The position numbers and the translations under genes were made by a program. Below, one piece after another: positions 25,649-35,198 of a stretch of DNA of 37,585 nt (position 1 is the stretch's first letter; every line of letters begins with the position of its first letter). The stretch is taken from IMG/VR virus record IMGVR_UViG_2541047802_000015. One strand, written 5' to 3'. The stretch is from a virus. Taxonomy: Duplodnaviria; Heunggongvirae; Uroviricota; Caudoviricetes. The notes under the pieces were generated by a model. It was not told the DNA's origin. It saw only the letters and a program-made list of their open reading frames with translations, and did not search any database.

Positions 25649-26095
25649 ATGTACTGCACCCTGGAGGATTTGCTTGCGCAGGTGCCGGAACGAACGCTGA
25701 TCGAGCTCACCAGTGAAGATATGGACTTCGACTCGCCTGCAACAGTGAATACCCGTGTGGTGGACAGCTGTATCCGCTATGCCGACGAGCTGATTGATGC
25801 CCATCTGCGCGGACGCTATATCCTGCCGCTGGCGGAGATACCGACCGTTCTGCGGGACATTGCCATCACGCTGGTCCGTTACCGGCTCTACGCCCGCCGC
25901 CCGGAAGGTGACCTCCCGGATACGGTGAAGGATGACCACAAAGAAGCGCTGCGGCAACTCAGGGAGTTACGTGATAACAGGCTCACGCTGGGGCTGCCGT
26001 CCACTCAGAAAGATGTGCCTGAGCCAGGAGAGTTTCGTGTACGCAGTCGCCCGGCCACTTTCGGCGGTCGTGACGGTTTACTGGAGAAATACTGA
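25649..26095 (+). CDS. head completion protein (Mu gp36-like, DUF1320-like)
   Basis: Start refined to the ATG at 25649, one nt after the upstream stop; the track's longer ORF (25487) overlaps the previous gene out of frame. Confidence 0.55.
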   Translation: MYCTLEDLLAQVPERTLIELTSEDMDFDSPATVNTRVVDSCIRYADELIDAHLRGRYILPLAEIPTVLRDIAITLVRYRLYARRPEGDLPDTVKDDHKEALRQLRELRDNRLTLGLPSTQKDVPEPGEFRVRSRPATFGGRDGLLEKY

Positions 26096-26559
26096 TGAAC
26101 GTTCTGCCCGTCCTTGATGCGGTACTGGCCCGGTTACGCGAGAACCTGCCGCAACTGCAGGTGGAGTACTTCCCGGAGAAACCGGCTGAATATCGCCTGA
26201 ACCATCCGGTTGGCGCGTTGCTGCTGAGCTATGCCGGTTCGCGCTTTGACAGGCCGGATGATACCGGTGCGGTGATCCAGCCTCAGACTATCCAGCTCTG
26301 CGTCACGGTGGTCTTCCGCCAGCTCAACGGTAAAAAAGGGGCGATTAATGTCCTGGATGCTGTCCGCCGCATTCTCGGTGGCTACACCCCGCCCGGCTGC
26401 CGCCGTCGTATCTGGCTGACCCGCGAGGTGTTTATCGGTGAAGTCAGGGGGCTGTGGCAATACGCCCTCGACTTCGCGACTGAAAGCGTCTTTATCGAAG
26501 ACAGCGATTTACCGTCCGGCCCGCTGTTAACCGAAGTGAACTATGAGGAAAGCGAGTGA
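26095..26559 (+). CDS. head-tail joining protein (Mu gp37-like, DUF1834-like)
   Basis: 154 aa; ATGA-coupled to upstream gene. Confidence 0.5.
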   Translation: MNVLPVLDAVLARLRENLPQLQVEYFPEKPAEYRLNHPVGALLLSYAGSRFDRPDDTGAVIQPQTIQLCVTVVFRQLNGKKGAINVLDAVRRILGGYTPPGCRRRIWLTREVFIGEVRGLWQYALDFATESVFIEDSDLPSGPLLTEVNYEESE

Positions 26560-26810
26560 TGAAAGCATACCGCTATTCCGGCCCGGCCAGCGGCGTCACG
26601 CTGTCGGACGGAACCGAAATCCTGCTCTGGCCGGGGAAGACGTTTTCCCTGCCGGAGGAGCATGACTACGTGAAGGTACTGGTGGCGCTGAAACATCTGA
26701 CGCCGGTACCTGAAGAGACTAAACTCGCCGGCACACCGGCTGTGCAGTCACCAAAGCGCAGAAGCAGCAGTGACAGCGAAGTGAAAACGGAGGACACCCA
26801 TGGCAGCTAA
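26556..26810 (+). CDS. hypothetical small protein (84 aa) preceding the sheath gene
   Basis: Coupled ORF in the structural operon. Confidence 0.4.
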   Translation: MMKAYRYSGPASGVTLSDGTEILLWPGKTFSLPEEHDYVKVLVALKHLTPVPEETKLAGTPAVQSPKRRSSSDSEVKTEDTHGS

Positions 26811-28227
26811 CTATCTGCATGGTCCCGAAACCATTGAGGTGGAAAACGGTGCCCGCCCGGTTAAAACGGTGAAATCTGCCGTTATTGGCCTGATTGGTAC
26901 CGCCCCGATGGGGGACGTCAATACGCTGGTACAGTGCCTGTCTGAGAAAGACGCAGCGGCATTTGGCAGCCAGTTCACCGGCTTTACCATTCCGCAGGCG
27001 CTGGATGCGATTTATGACCATGGTGCAGGCACCGTTCTGGTCATTAACGTCCTCGACCCGGCGAAACATAAAACGGCGATCCAGGGTGAAGTGGTTACCT
27101 TTGACAAATCGACAGGGCAGGCCAGACTTGCGCATCCGGTTGTCGCTAATGTGGTGGTGAAAAACAGTGAAGGCAGCACCACCCACACGGCGAACACGGA
27201 CTACCGTGTTGATGCGCAGGCGGGTGTGCTCACGAACCTGGGCAAGGCTATTGAGGCCGGTGGCAGCGTGAAGGTGAGCTATGAGTACGCGGACCCGTCG
27301 AAGGTGACTGCGGCGGACATCATCGGCGGGGTGAACAGCGCCGGAAACCGAACCGGCATGAAGCTGCTTAACGACAGCTTCAACCTGTACGGCTATTTTG
27401 CCAAAATTCTGATTGCGCCGGTGTTCTGCACCCAGAAGAGTGTAGCAGTTGAGCTTATCGCCATGACAGAGAAGCTGGGCGCGGTAACCTACATTGATGC
27501 GCCTGTCGGTACCACCTTTGCACAGGCTCTGGCAGGTCGTGGCCCGGAAGGCACCATTAACTTCAATACCAGCTCCGACCGCGTCCGTCTGTGCTATCCG
27601 CATGTGAAGGTATATGACCCGGTGACAAACACGGAGCGTCTGGAGCCGCTCAGCCAGCGTGCAGCAGGTCTGCGTGCCAGAGTCGATCTGGACAAGGGCT
27701 ACTGGTGGTCATCCTCCAATCAGGAGATTCTGGGGATCACCGGCGTGGAGCGCCAGCTGTCCGCGATGATTGATGACCCGCAGAGTGAGGTGAACCTGCT
27801 TAACGAACAGGGGATCACCACGGTATTCAGCAGTTACGGCAGCGGCCTTCGTCTGTGGGGTAACCGGACGGCAGCATGGCCAACGGTCACCCATATGCGT
27901 AACTTTGAGAACGTTCGCCGCACCGGTGATGTGATCAACGAGTCCATTCGTTATTTCAGCCAGCAGTACATCGACATGCCGATTACTCAGGCGCTGATTG
28001 ATGCACTGACGGAGTCGGTCAACGCCTACGGTCGCAAAATGACTGGTGATGGTGCGGTACTGGGCTTCCGTTGCTGGTTTGATCCGGCCCGCAATCCGGA
28101 GACGGAGCTGGCCGCCGGGCACCTGTTGCTGAGCTACAAATATACGCCACCACCGCCGCTGGAGCGACTGACGTTTGAGACTGAGATCACCTCGGAATAC
28201 CTGTTAACCCTGAAAGGGGGCAACTGA
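26800..28227 (+). CDS. tail sheath protein
   Basis: 475 aa; size and position before the tube gene; family-like N-terminus. Confidence 0.8.
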   Translation: MAANYLHGPETIEVENGARPVKTVKSAVIGLIGTAPMGDVNTLVQCLSEKDAAAFGSQFTGFTIPQALDAIYDHGAGTVLVINVLDPAKHKTAIQGEVVTFDKSTGQARLAHPVVANVVVKNSEGSTTHTANTDYRVDAQAGVLTNLGKAIEAGGSVKVSYEYADPSKVTAADIIGGVNSAGNRTGMKLLNDSFNLYGYFAKILIAPVFCTQKSVAVELIAMTEKLGAVTYIDAPVGTTFAQALAGRGPEGTINFNTSSDRVRLCYPHVKVYDPVTNTERLEPLSQRAAGLRARVDLDKGYWWSSSNQEILGITGVERQLSAMIDDPQSEVNLLNEQGITTVFSSYGSGLRLWGNRTAAWPTVTHMRNFENVRRTGDVINESIRYFSQQYIDMPITQALIDALTESVNAYGRKMTGDGAVLGFRCWFDPARNPETELAAGHLLLSYKYTPPPPLERLTFETEITSEYLLTLKGGN

Positions 28228-28748
28228 TGTCAAAGATTGAGATAAACCGCATCACGAATGCCAACATCTATCTGGATGGTACTAACCTGCTGGGACGGGC
28301 TGAGGAAGTTAAACTCCCCGATGTCTCCATGATTATGCAGGAACACAAGGCGCTGGGGATGGTGGGTAAGGTGGAACTCCCGGCTGGTTTTGACAAACTG
28401 GAAGGCGAAATCAAATGGAACAGCTTTTACCGCGATGCGATGCTGTCTGCCGCGAACCCGTACAGGTCGCTGGCACTGCAGTGTCGTTCCAGCGTCCAGC
28501 GCTACAGCTCGCAGGGGCTGATTGACGAAATCCCGCTGGTCACCTTCCTGACGATTATGTTCAAGAAGAACCCGCTGGGGACGTTCAAACAGCACGAGAA
28601 CGCCGAGTTCTCCAGTAGCTTCACATGCACGTATATCAGACAGGTACTGGATGGTGAAGAGCTGCTGCAACTGGACTATCTGGCCAACATCTTCCGGGTC
28701 GGCGGTGTTGATCAACTGACTGACTACCGTATCAATATCGGGGGCTGA
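28227..28748 (+). CDS. tail tube protein
   Basis: 173 aa; immediately after the sheath gene with overlapping start/stop. Confidence 0.75.
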   Translation: MSKIEINRITNANIYLDGTNLLGRAEEVKLPDVSMIMQEHKALGMVGKVELPAGFDKLEGEIKWNSFYRDAMLSAANPYRSLALQCRSSVQRYSSQGLIDEIPLVTFLTIMFKKNPLGTFKQHENAEFSSSFTCTYIRQVLDGEELLQLDYLANIFRVGGVDQLTDYRINIGG

Positions 28749-28750
28749 CG

Positions 28751-29032
28751 GTGAGTGTTGAACTGACGGATAAAGGAGGACGATGTGCGGCACTGGGCAT
28801 GTCAAATGGTACGTGGTTTACCCTCCTTGATATTCCGGGGGTGGAAACCCTTTTTAATACCCGTAAAACCAATGACCCGATTGACTGCACACGTTCAAAG
28901 GCCCGCAGACTGGCGGATTTGATTGAAGCATGGGAGCCTCCCGACCACTGGTTCTCCGGCACCGGCAAATCTGAGGGAAAGACGCTTCTCATCGCTTTCC
29001 TGCGTAACTGCAAGGGGTTTCGCACTTGCTGA
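28751..29032 (+). CDS. hypothetical small protein between tube and chaperone genes
   Basis: 93-codon ORF with a GTG start, followed by a hairpin; could be non-coding. Confidence 0.3.
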   Translation: MSVELTDKGGRCAALGMSNGTWFTLLDIPGVETLFNTRKTNDPIDCTRSKARRLADLIEAWEPPDHWFSGTGKSEGKTLLIAFLRNCKGFRTC

Positions 29033-29038
29033 CATCAC

Positions 29039-29060
29039 AGGGGCTCCGGCCCCTTCTTCT
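29039..29060 (+). terminator. short GC hairpin with T-rich tail inside the tail operon
   Basis: 6-bp stem (AGGGGC pairs with GCCCCT) with TCCG loop, then TCTTCTT; overlaps the start of a putative late-promoter block. Confidence 0.3.
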
Positions 29061-29102
29061 TAATCTCCTTTAATATCCGTCACGCGCTTCTCCCGACATA
29101 CT
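29058..29102 (+). promoter_or_regulatory. putative internal late promoter upstream of the tail chaperone gene
   Basis: Block TCTTAATCTCCTTTAATATC, 19-nt spacer, then CATACT followed by GCCC; about 27 nt leader to ATG 29130 with AGGAG RBS. Confidence 0.45.
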
Positions 29103-29129
29103 GCCCTGAACTTACACAGGAGCACAATC

Positions 29130-29465
29130 ATGTCACAGACCCCATCCGATACTTTTAAATTGTCTTATCCCTTCACCACTGCTGCAGGCACCAGAATTGA
29201 GCTGGTTGAACTGAAACGCCTGACGGTAAAAGACCTGAAGCAGGTGCGCAAAATCAGCAAAAACCCGGCAGACTGGGACGAACCGCTGATTGCCCGCAGT
29301 ACTGGTCTTCTCCCGGAAGATCTCGACAATATGGATCTGGCTGATTACCTGCAGTTACAGAAACGATTTCAGCTCATCACGGGGATGGGTGAGAGCGACA
29401 AAGGCGCTGACGCAGGCGCAGGGGCTGCTGGCGAGATGGTTCCGGTTTCAGCCGGGGGAGATTGA
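29130..29465 (+). CDS. tail assembly chaperone
   Basis: 111 aa, acidic; position between tube and tape-measure genes; AGGAG RBS; overlapped by a second-frame ORF. Confidence 0.6.
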   Translation: MSQTPSDTFKLSYPFTTAAGTRIELVELKRLTVKDLKQVRKISKNPADWDEPLIARSTGLLPEDLDNMDLADYLQLQKRFQLITGMGESDKGADAGAGAAGEMVPVSAGGD

Positions 29466-29547
29466 TGCCCTCGATACTGACGATCTGGAGATGTGGCTGG
29501 AGCAGGCTGAAGAGCAAATAAAAAGCGAGTACGGCGACAAATCATAG
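29290..29547 (+). CDS. overlapping +1-frame ORF, candidate frameshift extension of the tail chaperone
   Basis: +1 frame is open through the chaperone 3' end and continues 82 nt past its stop; only the distal about 28 codons are likely to be translated as a fusion. Confidence 0.3.
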   Translation: MPAVLVFSRKISTIWIWLITCSYRNDFSSSRGWVRATKALTQAQGLLARWFRFQPGEIDALDTDDLEMWLEQAEEQIKSEYGDKS

Positions 29548-29552
29548 TACAG

Positions 29553-29573
29553 ACAGCCGCCAGTAGCGGCTGT
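29553..29573 (+). other. hairpin between chaperone region and tape-measure gene
   Basis: ACAGCCGC/GCGGCTGT 8-bp stem with 5-nt loop; weak T-tract after it. Confidence 0.3.
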
Positions 29574-29622
29574 TCTGCGTTATCCCCTCACGTCTTTTCA
29601 CCTTCCCCGGAGGTTAACCACT

Positions 29623-32313
29623 ATGTCGGGACAGTTTTCAGTCGGCGTTGTTATCGGCGGGATGATTGGCAGCACATTCCGTTCTGCAATGAGCGGTACC
29701 CGCCGTGCGCTTGATTCCCTGAGCGATACCTCACGCCGCCTGCAGGAACGTCAGAACGCTTTAACCCGTGCAACAGAACGTTATGGTCAACTGGGCTCTT
29801 CCCGGATGCAGCATCTCAACAGCGAGCTGCTGCGGGTAAGCCGCACCATGGAGCAAATTGAGCGCCAGCAGCGCCGTCTGTCAGCGGCATCAGCCACCAG
29901 TGATGCGCTGAAAGCTAACCGCATGGCGCTGTATGGTCAGGGGATTGAAGCGTATGGCATGGCACAGACTGTTTATCATACGGTTTCCCCTGCCGTTCAG
30001 CAGTCCATGTCTTTTCAGGACAAAATGATTGATATGTCGATCACCGCAAAATATGACAATAAAACGCGGGATGCACTTGCCGGACAGATAAAAGGCTGGG
30101 CGCAAAAATACAATCAGTATCAGGATGAACTGCAGGAGGCGGTGGGTTCGCTCATCAGCGACAATATTGATAACTTGTCAGATATCGGTTTTCTGATGCC
30201 GGATATTGCCCGCGCGGCAACGGCAACACGCACGTCATCTCAGGACTGGGCAAAAGTGGCCGCAGTCTGGCAAAACTCCCTGAAAGGTGCGGCCAGAGAT
30301 TTTAGTGCCGTCCAGAATATTATGGCTTATGCCGGTGACCAGGGGTCATTTGAAATCCCGGATCAGGTCAAGTGGATGCAGTCCCTGGCCCCAATGATGG
30401 CGGGTATTGCCAGTGGAAAAGAGGCTGTTGCTGAAATCGGGGCCAGTCTCCAGATAGCAAAAATCGGTGCGGGCTCCACCGACGAAGCAGCCAATAATTT
30501 TAAAAACTTTCTTACCAAAATTTTTGCCCGCGATACTCAGAAACAGTTTGCTGATCTGGGTATTGATTTGCAGGGTTCTGTTGCGAGTTATAAGGCTGCG
30601 GGGATCTCTCCGATTGAAGGGATGTTGAGTGTTATAGAACGTTACCTCAATGCCAAAAGCCCCGAAGCGCTGGCCGGCTTCAAATCCGCCATGAAAATAA
30701 AGAATGATACGGCAAGAGATGAGGCACTTCAGGCTCTGGCGAAAAACTTTGGTCTGGGCGATATGTTCGCGGATATGCAGGTCATGGCATTTATCCGCCC
30801 GATGCTGGCCAACATGGACAGATATCGCGAGATCCGTGCCGGTGCTCTCAGGGCTGCGGATAACGATTTGCTTGCCAGTGCTTACGATCAGCGGCTGAAA
30901 TCTCCCCTTGAAGCCACTAAAGCGCTTATGGTCAGCAGTCGCGATCTGGCTATTACGCTGGGCGATCAGCTCGCCCCCTCTTTTATTTCTCTGACTCAGG
31001 AGCTGATCCCACTCATTCAGGGGGCAAAACACTGGGTGGCGACTCACCCGCAATTTGTCAGTGGGGCTTTTAAGCTCATCAGTGCGCTCCTTGCGATTAA
31101 GATAGCGACTGTTGGTCTCAAACTGGGGCTGAATCTCCTTATTTCCCCCTTTGTGAACGTCTGGAAAACTGCTGTTTTACTCCGGACCAACTGGCATCGA
31201 CTGACTACCGCACTAGGAGAAGGTGGCAAATTACGCTGGCTTGTCACTGGATTTAGCCGACTGACCAGCGGAGGACTGAAACTCAGCAAAGTTCTGGCGG
31301 GCAGCCTCGTTCGCGGTTTTATGAGCGCTGCACGTGCCGTTCTCTGGATTGGGCGAGCGCTGATGATGAATCCCATCGGTCTCGTTATCACCGCTGTCGC
31401 GGCAGCAGCTTACCTTATCTACCGCAACTGGGGGACAGTCAGTGGCTGGTTTAAACAGCGCTGGGCTGACATTCAGGAAGCCTTTAACGGCGGTATCGCG
31501 GGAACTGGTAAGCTGCTGATTAACTGGTCGCCGGCAGGGCTGCTCTATAAAGCCTTTGCGGCTGCGCTGAAATATTTCGGCGTTGCTCTGCCGGCAAAGT
31601 TCACCGACTTCGGTGGCCATCTTGTCGACGGTCTGATTAACGGTATCAAAAACAAATGGGGGTCGCTCAAATCCAGTGTAACCGGAATGGGTGACAGCAT
31701 CAGTGGCTGGTTCAGTGAAAAGCTGGGTATTCATTCGCCGAGCCGCGTGTTTATGGGCTTTGGTGACAATATCGCGCAGGGGGCCGCCATTGGCCTGCAG
31801 CGGAGCACTCCGATTGCAGCTCTGGCCGGGCAGCGAATGGCCAGTGAACTGCTCCCCAGAATGCCCGTGAGCATTCAGGGGCCAGAAATACGGGATAACA
31901 CTTCAGGTGTTCGCTTCAGTATGCCGTTGCCCGATATCAACGGGTTTATGTCGTCTGCTAAAAATGCGATCGGATCCGTAATCAATAGTTTGTCTTCCAT
32001 GCCCGCTATTCCGATCTCCACCCGGGCATCGACTTTACCAGGTCAACGTCTGGCAAATGAGATGACACCGGATGTTCCCCGTATCCCCTCGCCTGAAATC
32101 CTGGCTGCCGGATATTCAGGCCGTGGTGCAGCTGCAACCGGCGGTGGAACGTCTGGTGGTATCCAGGTCAGCTTTAATCCTCAGTTTTTCCTCAATGGCA
32201 GGGAAACCACAGCGCCTGCAGGACTGACTGGTGCCCTGAATATGAGTCTGCATGAGCTGGAAAAAATGCTGGAGCGTCTGCTGGCTCAGAAACAACGTAA
32301 GGAGTACCGCTGA
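29623..32313 (+). CDS. tail tape measure protein
   Basis: 896 aa; Ala/Gly-rich with helical N-terminal half and hydrophobic central segments; canonical position after the chaperone. Confidence 0.85.
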   Translation: MSGQFSVGVVIGGMIGSTFRSAMSGTRRALDSLSDTSRRLQERQNALTRATERYGQLGSSRMQHLNSELLRVSRTMEQIERQQRRLSAASATSDALKANRMALYGQGIEAYGMAQTVYHTVSPAVQQSMSFQDKMIDMSITAKYDNKTRDALAGQIKGWAQKYNQYQDELQEAVGSLISDNIDNLSDIGFLMPDIARAATATRTSSQDWAKVAAVWQNSLKGAARDFSAVQNIMAYAGDQGSFEIPDQVKWMQSLAPMMAGIASGKEAVAEIGASLQIAKIGAGSTDEAANNFKNFLTKIFARDTQKQFADLGIDLQGSVASYKAAGISPIEGMLSVIERYLNAKSPEALAGFKSAMKIKNDTARDEALQALAKNFGLGDMFADMQVMAFIRPMLANMDRYREIRAGALRAADNDLLASAYDQRLKSPLEATKALMVSSRDLAITLGDQLAPSFISLTQELIPLIQGAKHWVATHPQFVSGAFKLISALLAIKIATVGLKLGLNLLISPFVNVWKTAVLLRTNWHRLTTALGEGGKLRWLVTGFSRLTSGGLKLSKVLAGSLVRGFMSAARAVLWIGRALMMNPIGLVITAVAAAAYLIYRNWGTVSGWFKQRWADIQEAFNGGIAGTGKLLINWSPAGLLYKAFAAALKYFGVALPAKFTDFGGHLVDGLINGIKNKWGSLKSSVTGMGDSISGWFSEKLGIHSPSRVFMGFGDNIAQGAAIGLQRSTPIAALAGQRMASELLPRMPVSIQGPEIRDNTSGVRFSMPLPDINGFMSSAKNAIGSVINSLSSMPAIPISTRASTLPGQRLANEMTPDVPRIPSPEILAAGYSGRGAAATGGGTSGGIQVSFNPQFFLNGRETTAPAGLTGALNMSLHELEKMLERLLAQKQRKEYR

Positions 32314-33197
32314 TGTTTGCCGTACTGGGTGATATTGAGTTTGATCTGATTACCTACTGGGACGGCTTCGAGGCCACGTTCGGCGTCGATTATGCGGAGC
32401 ATGCCCGCATCGGGGGTAAGCCTGGCCTGCAGTTCGTCGGCGACAGGCTGGACGAAATCCAGATAAGTCTGGTCTTCCATCAGCATTATTGTGCACCCGA
32501 TGTGGAGCTGGCGAGACTGCGAACAACCATGAAAGCCCATCAGGCACTGGCGCTGGTCTTCGGCAACGGTGACTATCGTGGCTGGTTCGTGATTACCGAT
32601 GTGACCGCAACCAGCGAGCAGACAGACAGCACCGGTAACGTGCTGGCTGTCAGTGCCACCGTGTCTCTCCGGGAATACACCGGTGATCCGAAAAATCCTC
32701 TGCAACCACCGGCAATACGCACGAAGCTCCCGGGTGTCGGGGCGGTCTCCGGTGCCATTCCTTCACCTTCAGGGGTGGCGCAGTTCATCCGCAACGGCGT
32801 CAACTATGCGAAACAGGCGCAGTCTGTACTCCAGACCACTATCAGCGCCGTTCGGGTGACACAGAAAATGAAGGATAACCCCGTTGTCGCACTGACCCGT
32901 GTGCCGGGGCTGATGAGCGGACTGGGTAATATCTCCGGGGCTCTGGGGAAAAGTGTTCCGGCGTTTAACGCACTCTCTGAATCCATGCCCGATGCCATCA
33001 GTCTGGCCAGAACAGCCAGCGAAGCAGCCACGTATGTACAGCAGGCACAGTCTGCGCTGAGTGGTGTGGACAAAAGAAATATTGCAGGTGCTCTGGATAC
33101 CGTTTCCGGGCAGCTTAACGCCGCCAGCACAGCATTCAACCGCATGTCTCCGGGATTAAGTGCAATGGCCGCCAGAATACTGACGAGGAGTGTGTGA
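32313..33197 (+). CDS. tail protein (Mu N / DNA-circularisation N-terminal-domain-like, P2 gpU-like)
   Basis: 294 aa; N-terminus MFAVLGDIEFDL... resembles the gpU/DNA_circ_N family; position after the tape measure. Confidence 0.6.
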   Translation: MFAVLGDIEFDLITYWDGFEATFGVDYAEHARIGGKPGLQFVGDRLDEIQISLVFHQHYCAPDVELARLRTTMKAHQALALVFGNGDYRGWFVITDVTATSEQTDSTGNVLAVSATVSLREYTGDPKNPLQPPAIRTKLPGVGAVSGAIPSPSGVAQFIRNGVNYAKQAQSVLQTTISAVRVTQKMKDNPVVALTRVPGLMSGLGNISGALGKSVPAFNALSESMPDAISLARTASEAATYVQQAQSALSGVDKRNIAGALDTVSGQLNAASTAFNRMSPGLSAMAARILTRSV

Positions 33198-33409
33198 TGT
33201 TTCTTGAACATGTTACCCGTGACGGAGAGCGCTGGGATTCGCTGGCATGGCAGTACTACGGTGACCCGCTGGGCTATCCCCGGATTATTGCCGCCAATCC
33301 GCACGTGGCCATCACGCCGGTGCTGCCCTCCGGGCTGTTGTTACTGATCCCGGTGATTGAGGCTGAAGAAGCCCGTACAGAAGAGGATATTGCCCCATGG
33401 CTGAGATAA
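33194..33409 (+). CDS. tail protein X-like (small LysM-like tail protein)
   Basis: 71 aa; ATGA-coupled; position and size like P2 gpX. Confidence 0.55.
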   Translation: MMFLEHVTRDGERWDSLAWQYYGDPLGYPRIIAANPHVAITPVLPSGLLLLIPVIEAEEARTEEDIAPWLR

Positions 33410-34551
33410 ACAGCACTGCGCAAGTCACATCAGCGTTAACCAGCGTCAGCGATGTGCTGACACCGGTGTTCACTCTGTGGTATCTGCAGAAAAACATCAC
33501 CTCTGATATCGCGCCTTATGTCACCCGTGTGACCTGGAGCGATAACATCAAAAATGAGTCCGATACCATTGAGGTGGAGCTGGACGACACCGATGGCCGC
33601 TGGCTGGATAAGTGGTATCCGGGCAAGGGTGACACGCTGACGCTGAAAATGGGCTATCAGGGCGAGAAGCTGCTGTCCTGCGGTACGTTCTCTATAGACG
33701 AGATCGAAGTGAGTTCGCCCGCTTCCGTTGTTTCTATCCGTGGGGTGGCCACCTCGGTTAACAGTGCTCTGCGGACTAAAACCAGTCGTGGTTTTGAGAA
33801 CACCACGCTGGCAGCTGTTGCGGGGCGGATTGCCAGAAAGCACCGACTGAAACTGGTGGGCAGCATTGAGTCCATCAGAATCGACCGGGTGACCCAGTAT
33901 GCTGAAACCGACGTGGGTTTTCTGCGCCGGCTGGCCAGCGAGTATGGTTATGCAGTGAAAGTGGTCAGTGACCAGCTGATTTTTTCTCATCTGGCCACAC
34001 TGCGCAGTCAGGAGCCGGTCAGGCAGTTAAAACCGCAGGATGTGGCCCGCTTTTCCCTGCGTGACACCATCAACCGGGTCTATAAATCTGCAAAGGTAAA
34101 ACACCAGAAAAGCAGCAGTAAAAAACTGATCGTCTACGAAGCTGATGGTGGTACCCGTGAAAGCGACAAAAAGCTCAAAGGTGGTAAGGTTACCAGCGCT
34201 GACTCACTTAAAGTTAACAGCCGCGTCAGCGACCCGGACAGTGCCCGGATTAAAGCGGATTCAGCACTGGCCAGACATAACGAATACCAGCAGAACGGCT
34301 CCCTGACGCTGACGGGAACACCTCAACTGACAGCAGGCAACAAAATTGAACTGGTGGGTTTTGGGCAGTTATCCGGGCCATGGCTCATAACCACTGCCCG
34401 CCATGCGTTTGACCGTAACAGCGGCTACACCACAGAGCTGGAAGTGGCACGGGGGCCAGTCACAAGAGGGAAAAAACAAAAAACTCAGAAACTCACGGTT
34501 TATCACCCGGATGGCAGTACATCGACGGTGATTAAGGAGAAGAAAAAATGA
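33397..34551 (+). CDS. baseplate hub / late control gene D-like protein (Mu P-like)
   Basis: 384 aa; position and size typical of gpD/Mu P. Confidence 0.75.
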   Translation: MAEINSTAQVTSALTSVSDVLTPVFTLWYLQKNITSDIAPYVTRVTWSDNIKNESDTIEVELDDTDGRWLDKWYPGKGDTLTLKMGYQGEKLLSCGTFSIDEIEVSSPASVVSIRGVATSVNSALRTKTSRGFENTTLAAVAGRIARKHRLKLVGSIESIRIDRVTQYAETDVGFLRRLASEYGYAVKVVSDQLIFSHLATLRSQEPVRQLKPQDVARFSLRDTINRVYKSAKVKHQKSSSKKLIVYEADGGTRESDKKLKGGKVTSADSLKVNSRVSDPDSARIKADSALARHNEYQQNGSLTLTGTPQLTAGNKIELVGFGQLSGPWLITTARHAFDRNSGYTTELEVARGPVTRGKKQKTQKLTVYHPDGSTSTVIKEKKK

Positions 34552-35144
34552 CTGGTGTCACTCGTCAGGTCGGTACGGTCAGTGCCGTTGATGCCGACAG
34601 GGTTCAGGCCCGCGTTCGTCTGCCTGAATGCGATAACCTGCGCACAAACTGGCTTAACGTGCTGCAGCGCAATACCCAGGATAACAAAGATTACTGGCTC
34701 CCTGACGTGGGGGAGCAGGTTGAGGTGCTGCTCGATGCCAACGGCGAGGATGGTGTTATTCTGGGCGCGGTGTATTCAGACGTCGATAAACCACCGTTCA
34801 GTGACAAAAATATCCGGGGAACCCGGTTTGCTGATGGTGCAGAGTACAGCTACAACCGGAAGACGCACACTCTGACCATCCGGGGCGGCATTGAGCATAT
34901 TGTCATTGAGTGTGGTGCTGATGTGGTATTGAAAACACAGAAAGCCACGATTGACGCACCGGAAACCGAACTTACCGGAGATCTGCGTGTCAGGGGAAAG
35001 CTGATTTACGAAGGAGGCATGGCGGGTTCTGGTGGTAAAGGTGTTACCGCGACCATCCATGGCAATATCGAGATTAAAGGGAATGCCCATGCCACGGGCA
35101 GTATGCTGTCTGATGGCGAAAACTCCAGCCACCACTCCCACTGA
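34548..35144 (+). CDS. baseplate spike protein (gpV-like)
   Basis: 198 aa; Gly-rich C-terminus, His-rich end; position before the gpW-like gene. Confidence 0.7.
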   Translation: MTGVTRQVGTVSAVDADRVQARVRLPECDNLRTNWLNVLQRNTQDNKDYWLPDVGEQVEVLLDANGEDGVILGAVYSDVDKPPFSDKNIRGTRFADGAEYSYNRKTHTLTIRGGIEHIVIECGADVVLKTQKATIDAPETELTGDLRVRGKLIYEGGMAGSGGKGVTATIHGNIEIKGNAHATGSMLSDGENSSHHSH

Positions 35145-35147
35145 GCT

Positions 35148-35192
35148 TCTTAAACGCCTTTAATATCAGCGTTCCCGCACGGGGGCAATACT
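35148..35192 (+). promoter_or_regulatory. putative internal late promoter or RNA element upstream of the gpW-like gene
   Basis: Block TCTTAAACGCCTTTAATATC, 19-nt spacer, then AATACT followed by GCCC; only 6 nt before ATG 35199 and inside hairpin 35181-35198. Confidence 0.4.
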
Positions 35193-35198
35193 GCCCCC

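Noticed and set aside
25487-26095. Long form (202 aa) of the gp36-like ORF
   Set aside because: The first 54 codons overlap the preceding gene out of frame; an ATG at 25649, one nt after the upstream stop, gives a 149-aa product of the expected size.
26719-27603. 294-aa minus-strand ORF
   Set aside because: Antisense to the tail sheath gene; spurious open frame.
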